This document shows, piece after piece, positions 29,172 through 36,745 of a stretch of DNA of 64,000 nt (its first letter is position 1; every line of letters starts with the position of its first letter). The position numbers and the translations under genes were made by a program. This DNA is from Desulfobulbaceae bacterium (lineage in GTDB: Bacteria > Desulfobacterota > Desulfobulbia > Desulfobulbales > SURF-16), in assembly GCA_024637145.1 (NCBI GenBank), contig JAGXFQ010000009.1, positions 4,629 through 68,628 of the forward strand, given 5' to 3'. The notes below the pieces were generated by a model. That model was not told where the DNA came from. It saw nothing but the letters and a program-made list of their open reading frames with translations, and did no database searches.

Positions 29172-30713
29172 TTAATATTCTTCTTCTTCTTCTTCTTCCT
29201 CTTGTCCTTCTCCTTTATGGCCCTCAAGGAGGTCCACCAGACCGTTTATGTTCTCGTGGAGAATGAGGGTCTGACCATTAACCGCCTCTGAGGCGGCAGC
29301 AAGTTCTTGGGCATTGGCGGCCAGTTGCTGGGTGCCGCGATCCATCTCGTTGACCCCGGTGCTGATCTGGCTGATCCCCAGCGTTTGTTCATGGGAGGCG
29401 GTGGAAATTTCGTTGATCAGAATGCTCACCTTGTGCGAGCCTGCTGTTACCTGCTCTGATTCCTTTACCACGATGGTGGCCTGGCGCAGGCCTTCATCAA
29501 TATTGGTAATGGCCTGACTGACAAGATCGCTGGAGTTTTTGGCGGATTCGGCAGTACGTTGGGCCAGGTTGCGAACCTCTTCGGCAACCACGGCAAAGCC
29601 GGCCCCTGCCTCGCCGGCCCGTGCCGCCTCCACCGCGGCATTTAAGGCCAGAAGATTGGTCTGGAAGGCGATACTTTCTATTTCGCCGATAAATTTGGCA
29701 ATGGCGTCAGAATCTTTCTTGATGTGCTCCATGCTGGTCTGCATGGTTTTCATGCTCTTATTGGCCTTGGTGCTGATCTGCTCATTTTCCTGCATGCCGT
29801 TGTTGGCCTGGGACGAGTTTTCATCATTCTGCTGGGTCATGGCGGTAATTTCTTCCAGGGAGGCACTGGTCTCCTCCAGGGAGGCTGACATCTCAGAGGC
29901 CATTTCCGCCACGGTCTGAGCTGTCTGGGCCGTCACCCGGGCCTCGGCGGCAATGCGATCGGCGCTTATCTCCAGATCTTCGACAATGCCATTGATCACC
30001 CGGACAATCATCTGCACAAAGAAATAGGAGCCGGTGAGGACAATGACGATGGAGAGCGCGCCCGCCACCATGAAAAAGAGGCTGAAGCGGTTCACCTCGC
30101 TGATTACCACCTCTTTCAAGCTCTGGGAAGCGCTGCGCAGCTCGTCAACAGCCTCCTTGGTGCTGCCCATGAGGTCATAATAATATTCAAAAAATTCTTC
30201 CTCAAAGATGGAGAGCGCGCCCTCCATATCGTCCTGGGCCAGGGCGGGGAGGATCTGCTGGGTGATCATCGCCTGCATGGTGGGCCAGGTGGTGGCCAGA
30301 TCGTTGTAGGAAGCGGTAACAGCCGCGGCCCTGTCAATATTATGGCAGCTGGCGCAGGAGAGTGTGTCGCTGCCGTCACCCTGGACAAAGATGCGCATCT
30401 CCTCAATGGCCTCGTCAAATTTTGCCGAGGTGGTGGTGAGGCCGCTTAGGGATTCAGGATCATAGTCAATTATCTGGGATTTCAGAATACTGTTGAGAAG
30501 GTTGAGGTTGAGACGGGTGCGGGCGATGGCGTCAATATAGTTGGTCTTCAGTTCAATGCCGTTGGAGAGGGTGCCGCCTACCTGGACACGATGAATGATG
30601 AAAAGCGCTATTACTGTACTGCAGATGAGGGCAAAAGAAATGAAGGCCACAAGGATAAAGAGTTTGACTCGCAAACCAAAACTGTTGAAAAACTGTTTCA
30701 TAATTAACCTCAA
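29172..30713 (-). CDS. Methyl-accepting chemotaxis protein with a putative haem-c (CXXCH) periplasmic sensor domain
   Basis: Two TM helices flank a ~190-aa periplasmic domain containing 'SCASCHN' (codons at 30341-30358). The conserved signalling hairpin is '[39 protein letters not shown]'. The C-terminus is [10 protein letters not shown]. Confidence 0.9.
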   Translation of the reverse strand: MRLIMKQFFNSFGLRVKLFILVAFISFALICSTVIALFIIHRVQVGGTLSNGIELKTNYIDAIARTRLNLNLLNSILKSQIIDYDPESLSGLTTTSAKFDEAIEEMRIFVQGDGSDTLSCASCHNIDRAAAVTASYNDLATTWPTMQAMITQQILPALAQDDMEGALSIFEEEFFEYYYDLMGSTKEAVDELRSASQSLKEVVISEVNRFSLFFMVAGALSIVIVLTGSYFFVQMIVRVINGIVEDLEISADRIAAEARVTAQTAQTVAEMASEMSASLEETSASLEEITAMTQQNDENSSQANNGMQENEQISTKANKSMKTMQTSMEHIKKDSDAIAKFIGEIESIAFQTNLLALNAAVEAARAGEAGAGFAVVAEEVRNLAQRTAESAKNSSDLVSQAITNIDEGLRQATIVVKESEQVTAGSHKVSILINEISTASHEQTLGISQISTGVNEMDRGTQQLAANAQELAAASEAVNGQTLILHENINGLVDLLEGHKGEGQEEEEEEEEY

Positions 30714-31001
30714 GAACCCATTTTTTTTGATAAATTACACGGACTTTGTTCGGGAGTATGGACCAAATAAAGGGAAATGTAAACCTGGAAAAGCGTTGCA
30801 GGATAAATTGTGGCAACAGGGGGTCTTCAGGGCATGGGTCTTGGTGCAGGCTGGCGGGCAAAAAGCGGTTGTCAATTGCCGGGCAAAAAAACAGGGTAGA
30901 GGGCGGGGCTCAAAAACGACTCCTCCCTGATGCGCCGGGCCACGGCAGGGAGGGTTGAGGTATGTGAGCTTCTCATGGAGGGGAGTGCCGGCGCCCTTTT
31001 G

Positions 31002-31823
31002 TTATGGGCGGGCCAGGAGCTGATCGAGTTTGCGGGCCAGATAGTTGAGATGAATTTTTTCTTCTTCGGCAAGATGGGTGAAGAGGGTACGCCGCTGCGG
31101 CTCCTTTTCCTGCCTGGCTAAGCGGGAGTAGAGATCATAGGCCTGGGCCTCCAGGAGCATGCCGAGGTTGAGGATATCCTCCATGTCATGCAGGTGGGGG
31201 CCGAAATGGGCCATGATCTGCTGGCGGTCCATGCCCCCTTCCATGACGTCCAGGTCACTGATGTCGGGGATCTCGTCACCCTCAGGCAGGAAGCCGTTGA
31301 TCAGACCCATCTTGTGGCGCTCTTCAAAGGCCGCCATGGTGCCCAGCAGCTCTTTTTCCTCTGTGCTGTCCACCAGAGCCACCATGCCTAGATAGAGCTG
31401 CCGCAGGCCTTCCTCCATGGCATAGGCCATCTTGAAAATATCTGCATAGTCGGCGGCAGTGAAAAATTCCATGCCGATATCTTCCGTGCCGCCGGCCCTG
31501 GTGCCGTTCCAGGCCCTGATGCCGCCGCTGATATTGTAGACCTCTTTAAAGCCCTGGCCCTGCAGAAGCTGGCTGGCCGCCTTGGAACGGACACCGACCG
31601 TGCAGTAGACCAGGGTGGGTTTATTGGGGTCCAATTCGTTTTTTCTGGCCACCACCTCTTGTAGGGGGATGAGGAGGGCGCCCGGCAGATGTTCCTGCTC
31701 ATACTCCTTGGGCTGGCGGACATCCAGCAGCTGAAAGGTGTCATTCTTGTGGCTCTTGATATACTCTTTGGCGTTGTCGGCGCTGATGCTCTGGCCTGGG
31801 CTAAAAAGGTTTTTCCAGTTCAT
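31002..31823 (-). CDS. Rhodanese domain fused to a ferritin-like (rubrerythrin-type diiron) domain
   Basis: N-terminal rhodanese with active-site loop 'YCTVGVRS'. The C-terminal four-helix-type region carries E...ExxH twice ('MEEG...FEERH', 'LEAQ...EEEKIH'). Confidence 0.7.
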   Translation of the reverse strand: MNWKNLFSPGQSISADNAKEYIKSHKNDTFQLLDVRQPKEYEQEHLPGALLIPLQEVVARKNELDPNKPTLVYCTVGVRSKAASQLLQGQGFKEVYNISGGIRAWNGTRAGGTEDIGMEFFTAADYADIFKMAYAMEEGLRQLYLGMVALVDSTEEKELLGTMAAFEERHKMGLINGFLPEGDEIPDISDLDVMEGGMDRQQIMAHFGPHLHDMEDILNLGMLLEAQAYDLYSRLARQEKEPQRRTLFTHLAEEEKIHLNYLARKLDQLLARP

Positions 31824-32027
31824 AGTCGCTGTGGTCTCTGAGGGTTAATGGGAGGGATGAAAAAAAATATAGCTATTGCCCGGCTGAGACGCAAGGGGCG
31901 GGGCGCCCTTTTTCAGCTCCTTTGTCTATAACGCCAAGGGGCTGCAGCCCGGAAGTATAACAAAAGAAGGGGCGCCTTTGTTGTCGTTGTCGCAAAAAAA
32001 GGTGGCTTGGCCGCCGGAATGGGCAGG

Positions 32028-32792
32028 TCATATCTTGACCAGCTCAACGTCACCCCAGGCCCCCAGGATTTCATCCTTTACCACCACCACCCCCAGCAGG
32101 CCAGGTATGCTCTTGGCCACCGCCAGGGTGTGGGCCATATCTTCGGCTGCCTTGAGCTCGTTGCCCAGGCGGGTGGCAGCGGTGTCTGCCAGGGCCGTGT
32201 CACGGGCAAGGACGGTGACCGAATCTGCCTGGCCAAAAGAGAGGGAATGGCCGATGGCCCCCGAGGAGGTGCAGATGCCCAAAGGCATTTTTTCCGGGGC
32301 AATACGCAGGCCGATGCGGTTACTGAGGGGCGACTGGCCGGCAAAGATGGCGCTCAGGCATTCCTGGCGGCGCCACAGAAAAATATCGCCGCCGTTTTCC
32401 ACCATCACTTCACGGGTGAAACCGGCCTTTAAGAGGCCTTGGCCGACAAATTCGGCAATGGCTCCGGCCACCGCCGCCATGGGCCCCACCCCGGCAGCAT
32501 GGGCGGCTTTGAGCATCTTTTGAATAATGGCCGGGGCCAGGTTGTCCTGGGGCAGGGGGGTCAGGCTGCCGGCAAAGAGGGGGTGCGTGCCCATATAGGT
32601 TTCAATCTGGTGGCGACAGGTAACCATGAGATCATGGGCCGGGGCGCTTACCTCCTGCTCCGCCAGAATGTGGAGATCTGTTTCCTGGACCCTGATGAGG
32701 GTTGCCTGCAGAGCGCCCTGATCCACCATGGCGCGATACGTCCGTTCCTGGTATGATAGTGGGTCCCGTTTTTTAACTTGTTTTGCCTTCAA
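32028..32792 (-). CDS. UPF0280 (ApbE-like superfamily) protein
   Basis: 'YQERTYR...ETDLHI' N-terminus, 'GVGPMAAVAGAIAEFVG', 'ENGGDIFL', 'SSGAIGHSLSFGQADSVTVLA..TALADTAAT'. Confidence 0.7.
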   Translation of the reverse strand: MKAKQVKKRDPLSYQERTYRAMVDQGALQATLIRVQETDLHILAEQEVSAPAHDLMVTCRHQIETYMGTHPLFAGSLTPLPQDNLAPAIIQKMLKAAHAAGVGPMAAVAGAIAEFVGQGLLKAGFTREVMVENGGDIFLWRRQECLSAIFAGQSPLSNRIGLRIAPEKMPLGICTSSGAIGHSLSFGQADSVTVLARDTALADTAATRLGNELKAAEDMAHTLAVAKSIPGLLGVVVVKDEILGAWGDVELVKI

Positions 32793-32802
32793 AATAGTAG
32801 GA

Positions 32803-33522
32803 ATGTGGTGGGGTTGCGGGATCGGCCCTGGCAGCTTTTATAAAGACGACTCTACTGCGCCTCTGTCCCAAGATAAAGTGAAAAGAGCAAAAAAAGAGCA
32901 GGAAATCTGCATTATTTTCAGCCGCTATCCGCGGCCGGGAGTCGTCAAGACCAGGCTCATTGCCCACCTGGGTGAGGAGGGGGCCGCTGAACTCCAGCGC
33001 CGGATGACGGAAAAGGTGGTTGCCGAGGCCCAAGCCCTGGCGGCCTGCCGCGCCCCGCTCCAGGTGGAACTGGCCATGGCCGGCGCCGGGGCCCCGGAGA
33101 TGGCGGCCTGGTTGGGGGAGAAGCTCCGGTGGCAGCAACAGGTGGGGGCGGATTTGGGGGAGAGAATGGCCTTTGCCATTGCCGACGCCTGCAGGCGAGG
33201 ATTTCAGCGGGTGGTACTGGTGGGGGCTGATTGCCCCGGAGTCACCACCGACATTCTGGCCCAGGCCTTTGATGCATTGGTCAGCAAGGAGCTGGTTCTG
33301 GGGCCTAGCCGGGATGGCGGCTATTATCTCCTTGGCCTGCGTTCCCCCAATCCACTGCTTTTTGCCGATATCGCCTGGGGCAGCGACCAGGTCCTGGCTC
33401 AGACCCTGGCTGCTGCCGATCAGGGCCGTGGGCAACCGGCGCTTCTGGCCTGCCTGGCTGATGTTGACCGGCCGGAGGATCTGGACGTCCTGCCGCCAGC
33501 CCTGACCGGGGCGCTGCCGTGA
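32803..33522 (+). CDS. DUF2064 / TIGR04282-like glycosyltransferase-fold protein
   Basis: 'IIFSRYPRPGVVKTRL', 'VLVGADCPGV', 'VLGPSRDGGYYLLGL'. The start is uncertain (ATG 32803 or GTG 32878); the track start 32728 would overlap the divergent neighbour. Confidence 0.7.
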   Translation: MWWGCGIGPGSFYKDDSTAPLSQDKVKRAKKEQEICIIFSRYPRPGVVKTRLIAHLGEEGAAELQRRMTEKVVAEAQALAACRAPLQVELAMAGAGAPEMAAWLGEKLRWQQQVGADLGERMAFAIADACRRGFQRVVLVGADCPGVTTDILAQAFDALVSKELVLGPSRDGGYYLLGLRSPNPLLFADIAWGSDQVLAQTLAAADQGRGQPALLACLADVDRPEDLDVLPPALTGALP

Positions 33523-34196
33523 GCCGCTCTCTTTCCATTATCATCCCCACCCTCAATGAAGAAGGCAGGCTGGCCGCAACCTTGGGCGCCCTGCCTGCCG
33601 GGGTCGAGGTGGTGGTGGTGGACGGCGGCAGCAGGGATGCCACGCCGGCCATTGCCGCCGGCCACGGCGCCCGGCTCTTGGTTACCGAGCCGGGACGGGC
33701 CACCCAGATGAATTGGGGGGCCCGGCATGCCAGCGGCGAGATCCTGCTCTTTCTCCATGCCGATACCCTGTTGCCGGCCGGCGCCCTGGAGGAGGTGGAA
33801 TCGTGCCTGGGTGGAGAAGGGGTGGTGGCTGGCGCCTTTCGCCTGCAGCTGGTTGGCGACAAAAAAGGCCTTGGTCTGGTCTCCTGGGGCGCCAATCTGC
33901 GCTCCCGTCTCCTGCAGCTGCCCTATGGCGATCAGGCCCTGTTCATGGGCCGGCAGGTCTTTGTGGAGTTGGGGGGCTTTCCAGAGGGGGCCCTGCTGGA
34001 AGATTACCGGCTGGTTTCTGCCCTGCGCCGGCAGGGGAGGATTGTCCTGGCTGACGGGTATGTCCTCAGTTCCGGGCGCAAGTGGCAGCGTCAGGGACTC
34101 ATCCGCACCACCCTGGTCAACCAGTTAATAGTCGCTGGCTTTCTGCTTGGCCTGTCGCCCCAGTTCCTTGCCCTTGTCTATGGTGTGCGAAAGTAG
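33519..34196 (+). CDS. GT2-family glycosyltransferase (TIGR04283-like)
   Basis: 'LSIIIPTLNEEGRL', 'VVVDGGSRDAT', 'LLFLHADTLLP'. It has a GTGA start/stop overlap with the preceding gene. Confidence 0.75.
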   Translation: MSRSLSIIIPTLNEEGRLAATLGALPAGVEVVVVDGGSRDATPAIAAGHGARLLVTEPGRATQMNWGARHASGEILLFLHADTLLPAGALEEVESCLGGEGVVAGAFRLQLVGDKKGLGLVSWGANLRSRLLQLPYGDQALFMGRQVFVELGGFPEGALLEDYRLVSALRRQGRIVLADGYVLSSGRKWQRQGLIRTTLVNQLIVAGFLLGLSPQFLALVYGVRK

Positions 34197-34706
34197 ATTG
34201 GAGATGGCCGGCTGCCGGGGCAGCATCCGGTCGCGGATATGGTCATTCTTCACCACGGAAAGGAGGAGGAAGCTGCTCTTTTGCAGATAGGGATAGAGAA
34301 CGGATCGGGTAAAGATCGAGCTTGAGCCGGAGATGAACGTGGCCAGGATCATAAAGGCGATGCAGGCCAGAAAAAAACCCTTGGCGGCCCCTAGAATGCC
34401 GCCCAGGCTCTTGTCGAACCAGTCAAGCAGGATCAGCTGGGCAACCTTCTTAAAGGCTAACCCGATAAAAATGGTAAGGAGAAAGACCAGGCAGAAGATA
34501 AGGGCATAGCTCACCAGAAAGCCCAACTGCTCGTTACGGATAAAGGGAGTGATGATCTGGTTTGACTCGCCGTAATAATGGCCGGCCACCAGAAAGCCGG
34601 CTACCAGGGCGAGCAGGGAGGCAACCTGCCGGATAAAACCCACCCAGATGCCCCTGATGATAAAAACGGCAAGGAGAATCAGGACTATGGCGTCTAGGGG
34701 AGACAT
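34125..34706 (-). CDS. cvpA: CvpA-family membrane protein
   Basis: 'DAIVLILLAVFIIRGIWVGFIRQV' N-terminus and four TM helices. The 3' end overlaps the convergent GT2 gene by 72 nt. Confidence 0.8.
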   Translation of the reverse strand: MSPLDAIVLILLAVFIIRGIWVGFIRQVASLLALVAGFLVAGHYYGESNQIITPFIRNEQLGFLVSYALIFCLVFLLTIFIGLAFKKVAQLILLDWFDKSLGGILGAAKGFFLACIAFMILATFISGSSSIFTRSVLYPYLQKSSFLLLSVVKNDHIRDRMLPRQPAISNLLSHTIDKGKELGRQAKQKASDY

Positions 34707-34849
34707 CAGCGGCTAGGAAGTGGTGGAGGAGGATGGGGGCATGGCAGAGGCCGTCAGCTGGTTGGTTGGTATATGGGTCATGGTTATTTTAAAGAAAAAA
34801 CGTAACTGCTCACCCCATGGCCACCTCAATTACAATAACCACCTGAGTT

Positions 34850-34959
34850 GTAACTGCTTGCAGGGTGTCGGAGATTTTCGCGGGCAGACCGGCGCCGCGT
34901 ATATGTTATACGTAAGCCGTCCTGTTCGCGGGAAGATTCGGTGCCCTGTGAACAGTTAC
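34850..34959. repeat. 110-nt near-perfect hairpin element in a divergent intergenic region
   Basis: GTAACTGCTTGCAGGGTGTCGGAGATTTTCGCGGGCAGACCGGC ... GCCGTCCTGTTCGCGGGAAGATTCGGTGCCCTGTGAACAGTTAC, with apex CGTATA-TGT-TATACG. GTAACTGCT also occurs at 34802. Confidence 0.8.
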
Positions 34960-35016
34960 CAAAAAACTATAGCCAACTTGGCTTAAAGAGACAAGGGTTC
35001 ATTTCCAGGTGGTTTA

Positions 35017-35820
35017 GTGGTGAAAAAAGAAGAAGCATGCCGGGCAGGCAATGATATCAGCGCTCTAATCAGCAGGGCCTTTGCCGGTGATGGACTGCTG
35101 TTGCCGCCCTTTTGCCTCAGCCAGGTCTGTTTGGTGGGCTTTGGGGAGGAGTCGACCACCCTGGCCCAGAAGGCTGCCCAGGTGCTGAGCGTGGCTGAAA
35201 TGGAGACTTTTAAGGCCTTTGGGTTTCCGCACCGGCAAAGGGAATGGCTGGCGGGTCGCCTGGCCGTCAAGGAGGCCGTCCGCACCCTGGAGGGGGAGCC
35301 GCAGGGGCGGCTGCGGGATATTGAGGTCAGGGTCGGGGAGAGAGGCAAACCCTTTGTGGCAACCAGCGCCGGGGATCAGAGGCCCCTCCATATTGCCATC
35401 TCCCATAGCGGCGCCAGCGCCCTGGGCCTGGCCAGCCGGGTCCCCTGTGCCCTTGATTTTCAGGAGATTCGTTCTGCCCTGGCCCGGGTTGAGGGCCGCT
35501 TTGTCCGGGCAGAGGAAAGGGACCTGGTGCGGCGCTGTCACTCCCAGGAACTGCGGGCCCTGGGGCTTGTCTGGGCCGGCAAGGAGGCCCTGCGTAAATA
35601 TGTTCCCCTCTGGCCGCTCCTTGGTTTTCTGGAGGCCCGCCTCCATGGTGTCCAGATCCAGGGCAGCGGCCTCTTTCTTTCTTTTCAACCGCAGCCCCAA
35701 AAGAGGGCTCTGCCCCCCCGTCTGCCCGCTGTTCTGGCCACCTTGTACGGCGATAACGCCCTGGCCCTTATTTTTGCAGGCAGCGCCCCAGAAGAGGGGC
35801 TGCCCTTTTTTGATTCTTAA
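35017..35820 (+). CDS. 4'-phosphopantetheinyl transferase (Sfp/EntD type)
   Basis: 'REWLAGRLAVKEAV', 'GERGKPF', 'ISHSG' and 'WAGKEALRK' are typical PPTase motifs. GTG start. Confidence 0.75.
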   Translation: MVKKEEACRAGNDISALISRAFAGDGLLLPPFCLSQVCLVGFGEESTTLAQKAAQVLSVAEMETFKAFGFPHRQREWLAGRLAVKEAVRTLEGEPQGRLRDIEVRVGERGKPFVATSAGDQRPLHIAISHSGASALGLASRVPCALDFQEIRSALARVEGRFVRAEERDLVRRCHSQELRALGLVWAGKEALRKYVPLWPLLGFLEARLHGVQIQGSGLFLSFQPQPQKRALPPRLPAVLATLYGDNALALIFAGSAPEEGLPFFDS

Positions 35821-35846
35821 GGCAAGAGCAACAGAAGGAATATTTT

Positions 35847-36530
35847 ATGGAAATTATACGACAGATCAGCCAGATCCAGCTCTTTAAGGGCCTTGGCGAG
35901 GAAGATCTTGGCGAGCTGGCCATGATCCTTGTTGATCAGGAGATGAAGCGCAATCAGCCTATATTCTCAGAAGGGGAGAAGGCCACCGGCCTCTATATTG
36001 TGGCCAGCGGCTCCGTGAAGATCTATAAGCTCTCCTTTGATGGCAAGGAGCAGATCCTCCACATCCTGGGGGCGGGTGAGCCCTTTGCCGAGGTGGCTGT
36101 TTTTGCCGGCACCACCTATCCAGCCAGTGCTATTACCATGGAAAAAAGCCGGATATTCTTTATCCCCCGCCAGGCCTTTTTGGAATTGATCGCCGGCTAT
36201 CCCTCGGTGGCCATGGCCATGCTGGCCACCTTGTCGCTGCGGCTCAGGCAGTTTGCCGGCATGATCGAAGCCCTGTCGCTGAAAGAGGTGCCCGGCCGTC
36301 TGGCCACCCATCTCCTGCTGTTGAGTGACCAGAACAAGGGCGCGGCCCAGGTTGAGCTGGCCATCGCCAAAACCCAGCTCGCCGCCTACCTGGGCACCAT
36401 CCCCGAAACCCTGTCCCGCATCTTCGCCAGACTGACCAAGGCCGGCTATATTGCCAGCGAAGGCGCGCTTATCACCCTGCTGGACCGGGAGGGGCTGCAG
36501 GAGCTGGCCGAAGGGGTCATCAAGCTCTAG
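35847..36530 (+). CDS. Crp/Fnr-family transcriptional regulator
   Basis: cNMP-binding domain ('IFSEGEKATGLYIVASGSVKIYK') plus a C-terminal HTH ('QLAAYLGTIPETLSRIFARL'). Confidence 0.9.
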   Translation: MEIIRQISQIQLFKGLGEEDLGELAMILVDQEMKRNQPIFSEGEKATGLYIVASGSVKIYKLSFDGKEQILHILGAGEPFAEVAVFAGTTYPASAITMEKSRIFFIPRQAFLELIAGYPSVAMAMLATLSLRLRQFAGMIEALSLKEVPGRLATHLLLLSDQNKGAAQVELAIAKTQLAAYLGTIPETLSRIFARLTKAGYIASEGALITLLDREGLQELAEGVIKL

Positions 36531-36540
36531 TGCAGTATAT

Positions 36541-36726
36541 CACTTAAAGTTTCGTATACTTATGCAACTATGCCTTTAACCACAAAGGCATTCTTTTTAA
36601 TACCCCCTTGAGGGGTACAAAGACACGAAGAGCTTCTTGTTTTTATGTTTTTCTTTGTGCCTTCGTGTCTTTGTGGTTCGAATGCAATAACGAAATTCTA
36701 CACGTACATTTAAGTTTTACGGAGTA
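36541..36726. repeat. Composite palindromic intergenic element sharing the GTGTCTTTGTG motif with 27059..27098
   Basis: 14-bp perfect stem ACAAAGACACGAAG (36617-36630) / CTTCGTGTCTTTGT (36661-36674). There are also small hairpins TGCCTTT/AAAGGCA and TACCCC/GGGGTA, and an outer pair ACTTAAA/TTTAAGT. Confidence 0.75.
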
Positions 36727-36745
36727 CTAGGCCAGGGGAGCCAGG

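Noticed and set aside
36668-36686. GGTTCGAAT T-loop-like motif suggesting a tRNA.
   Set aside because: The flanks cannot form a T-stem, anticodon arm or acceptor stem. The motif is part of the palindromic repeat element.
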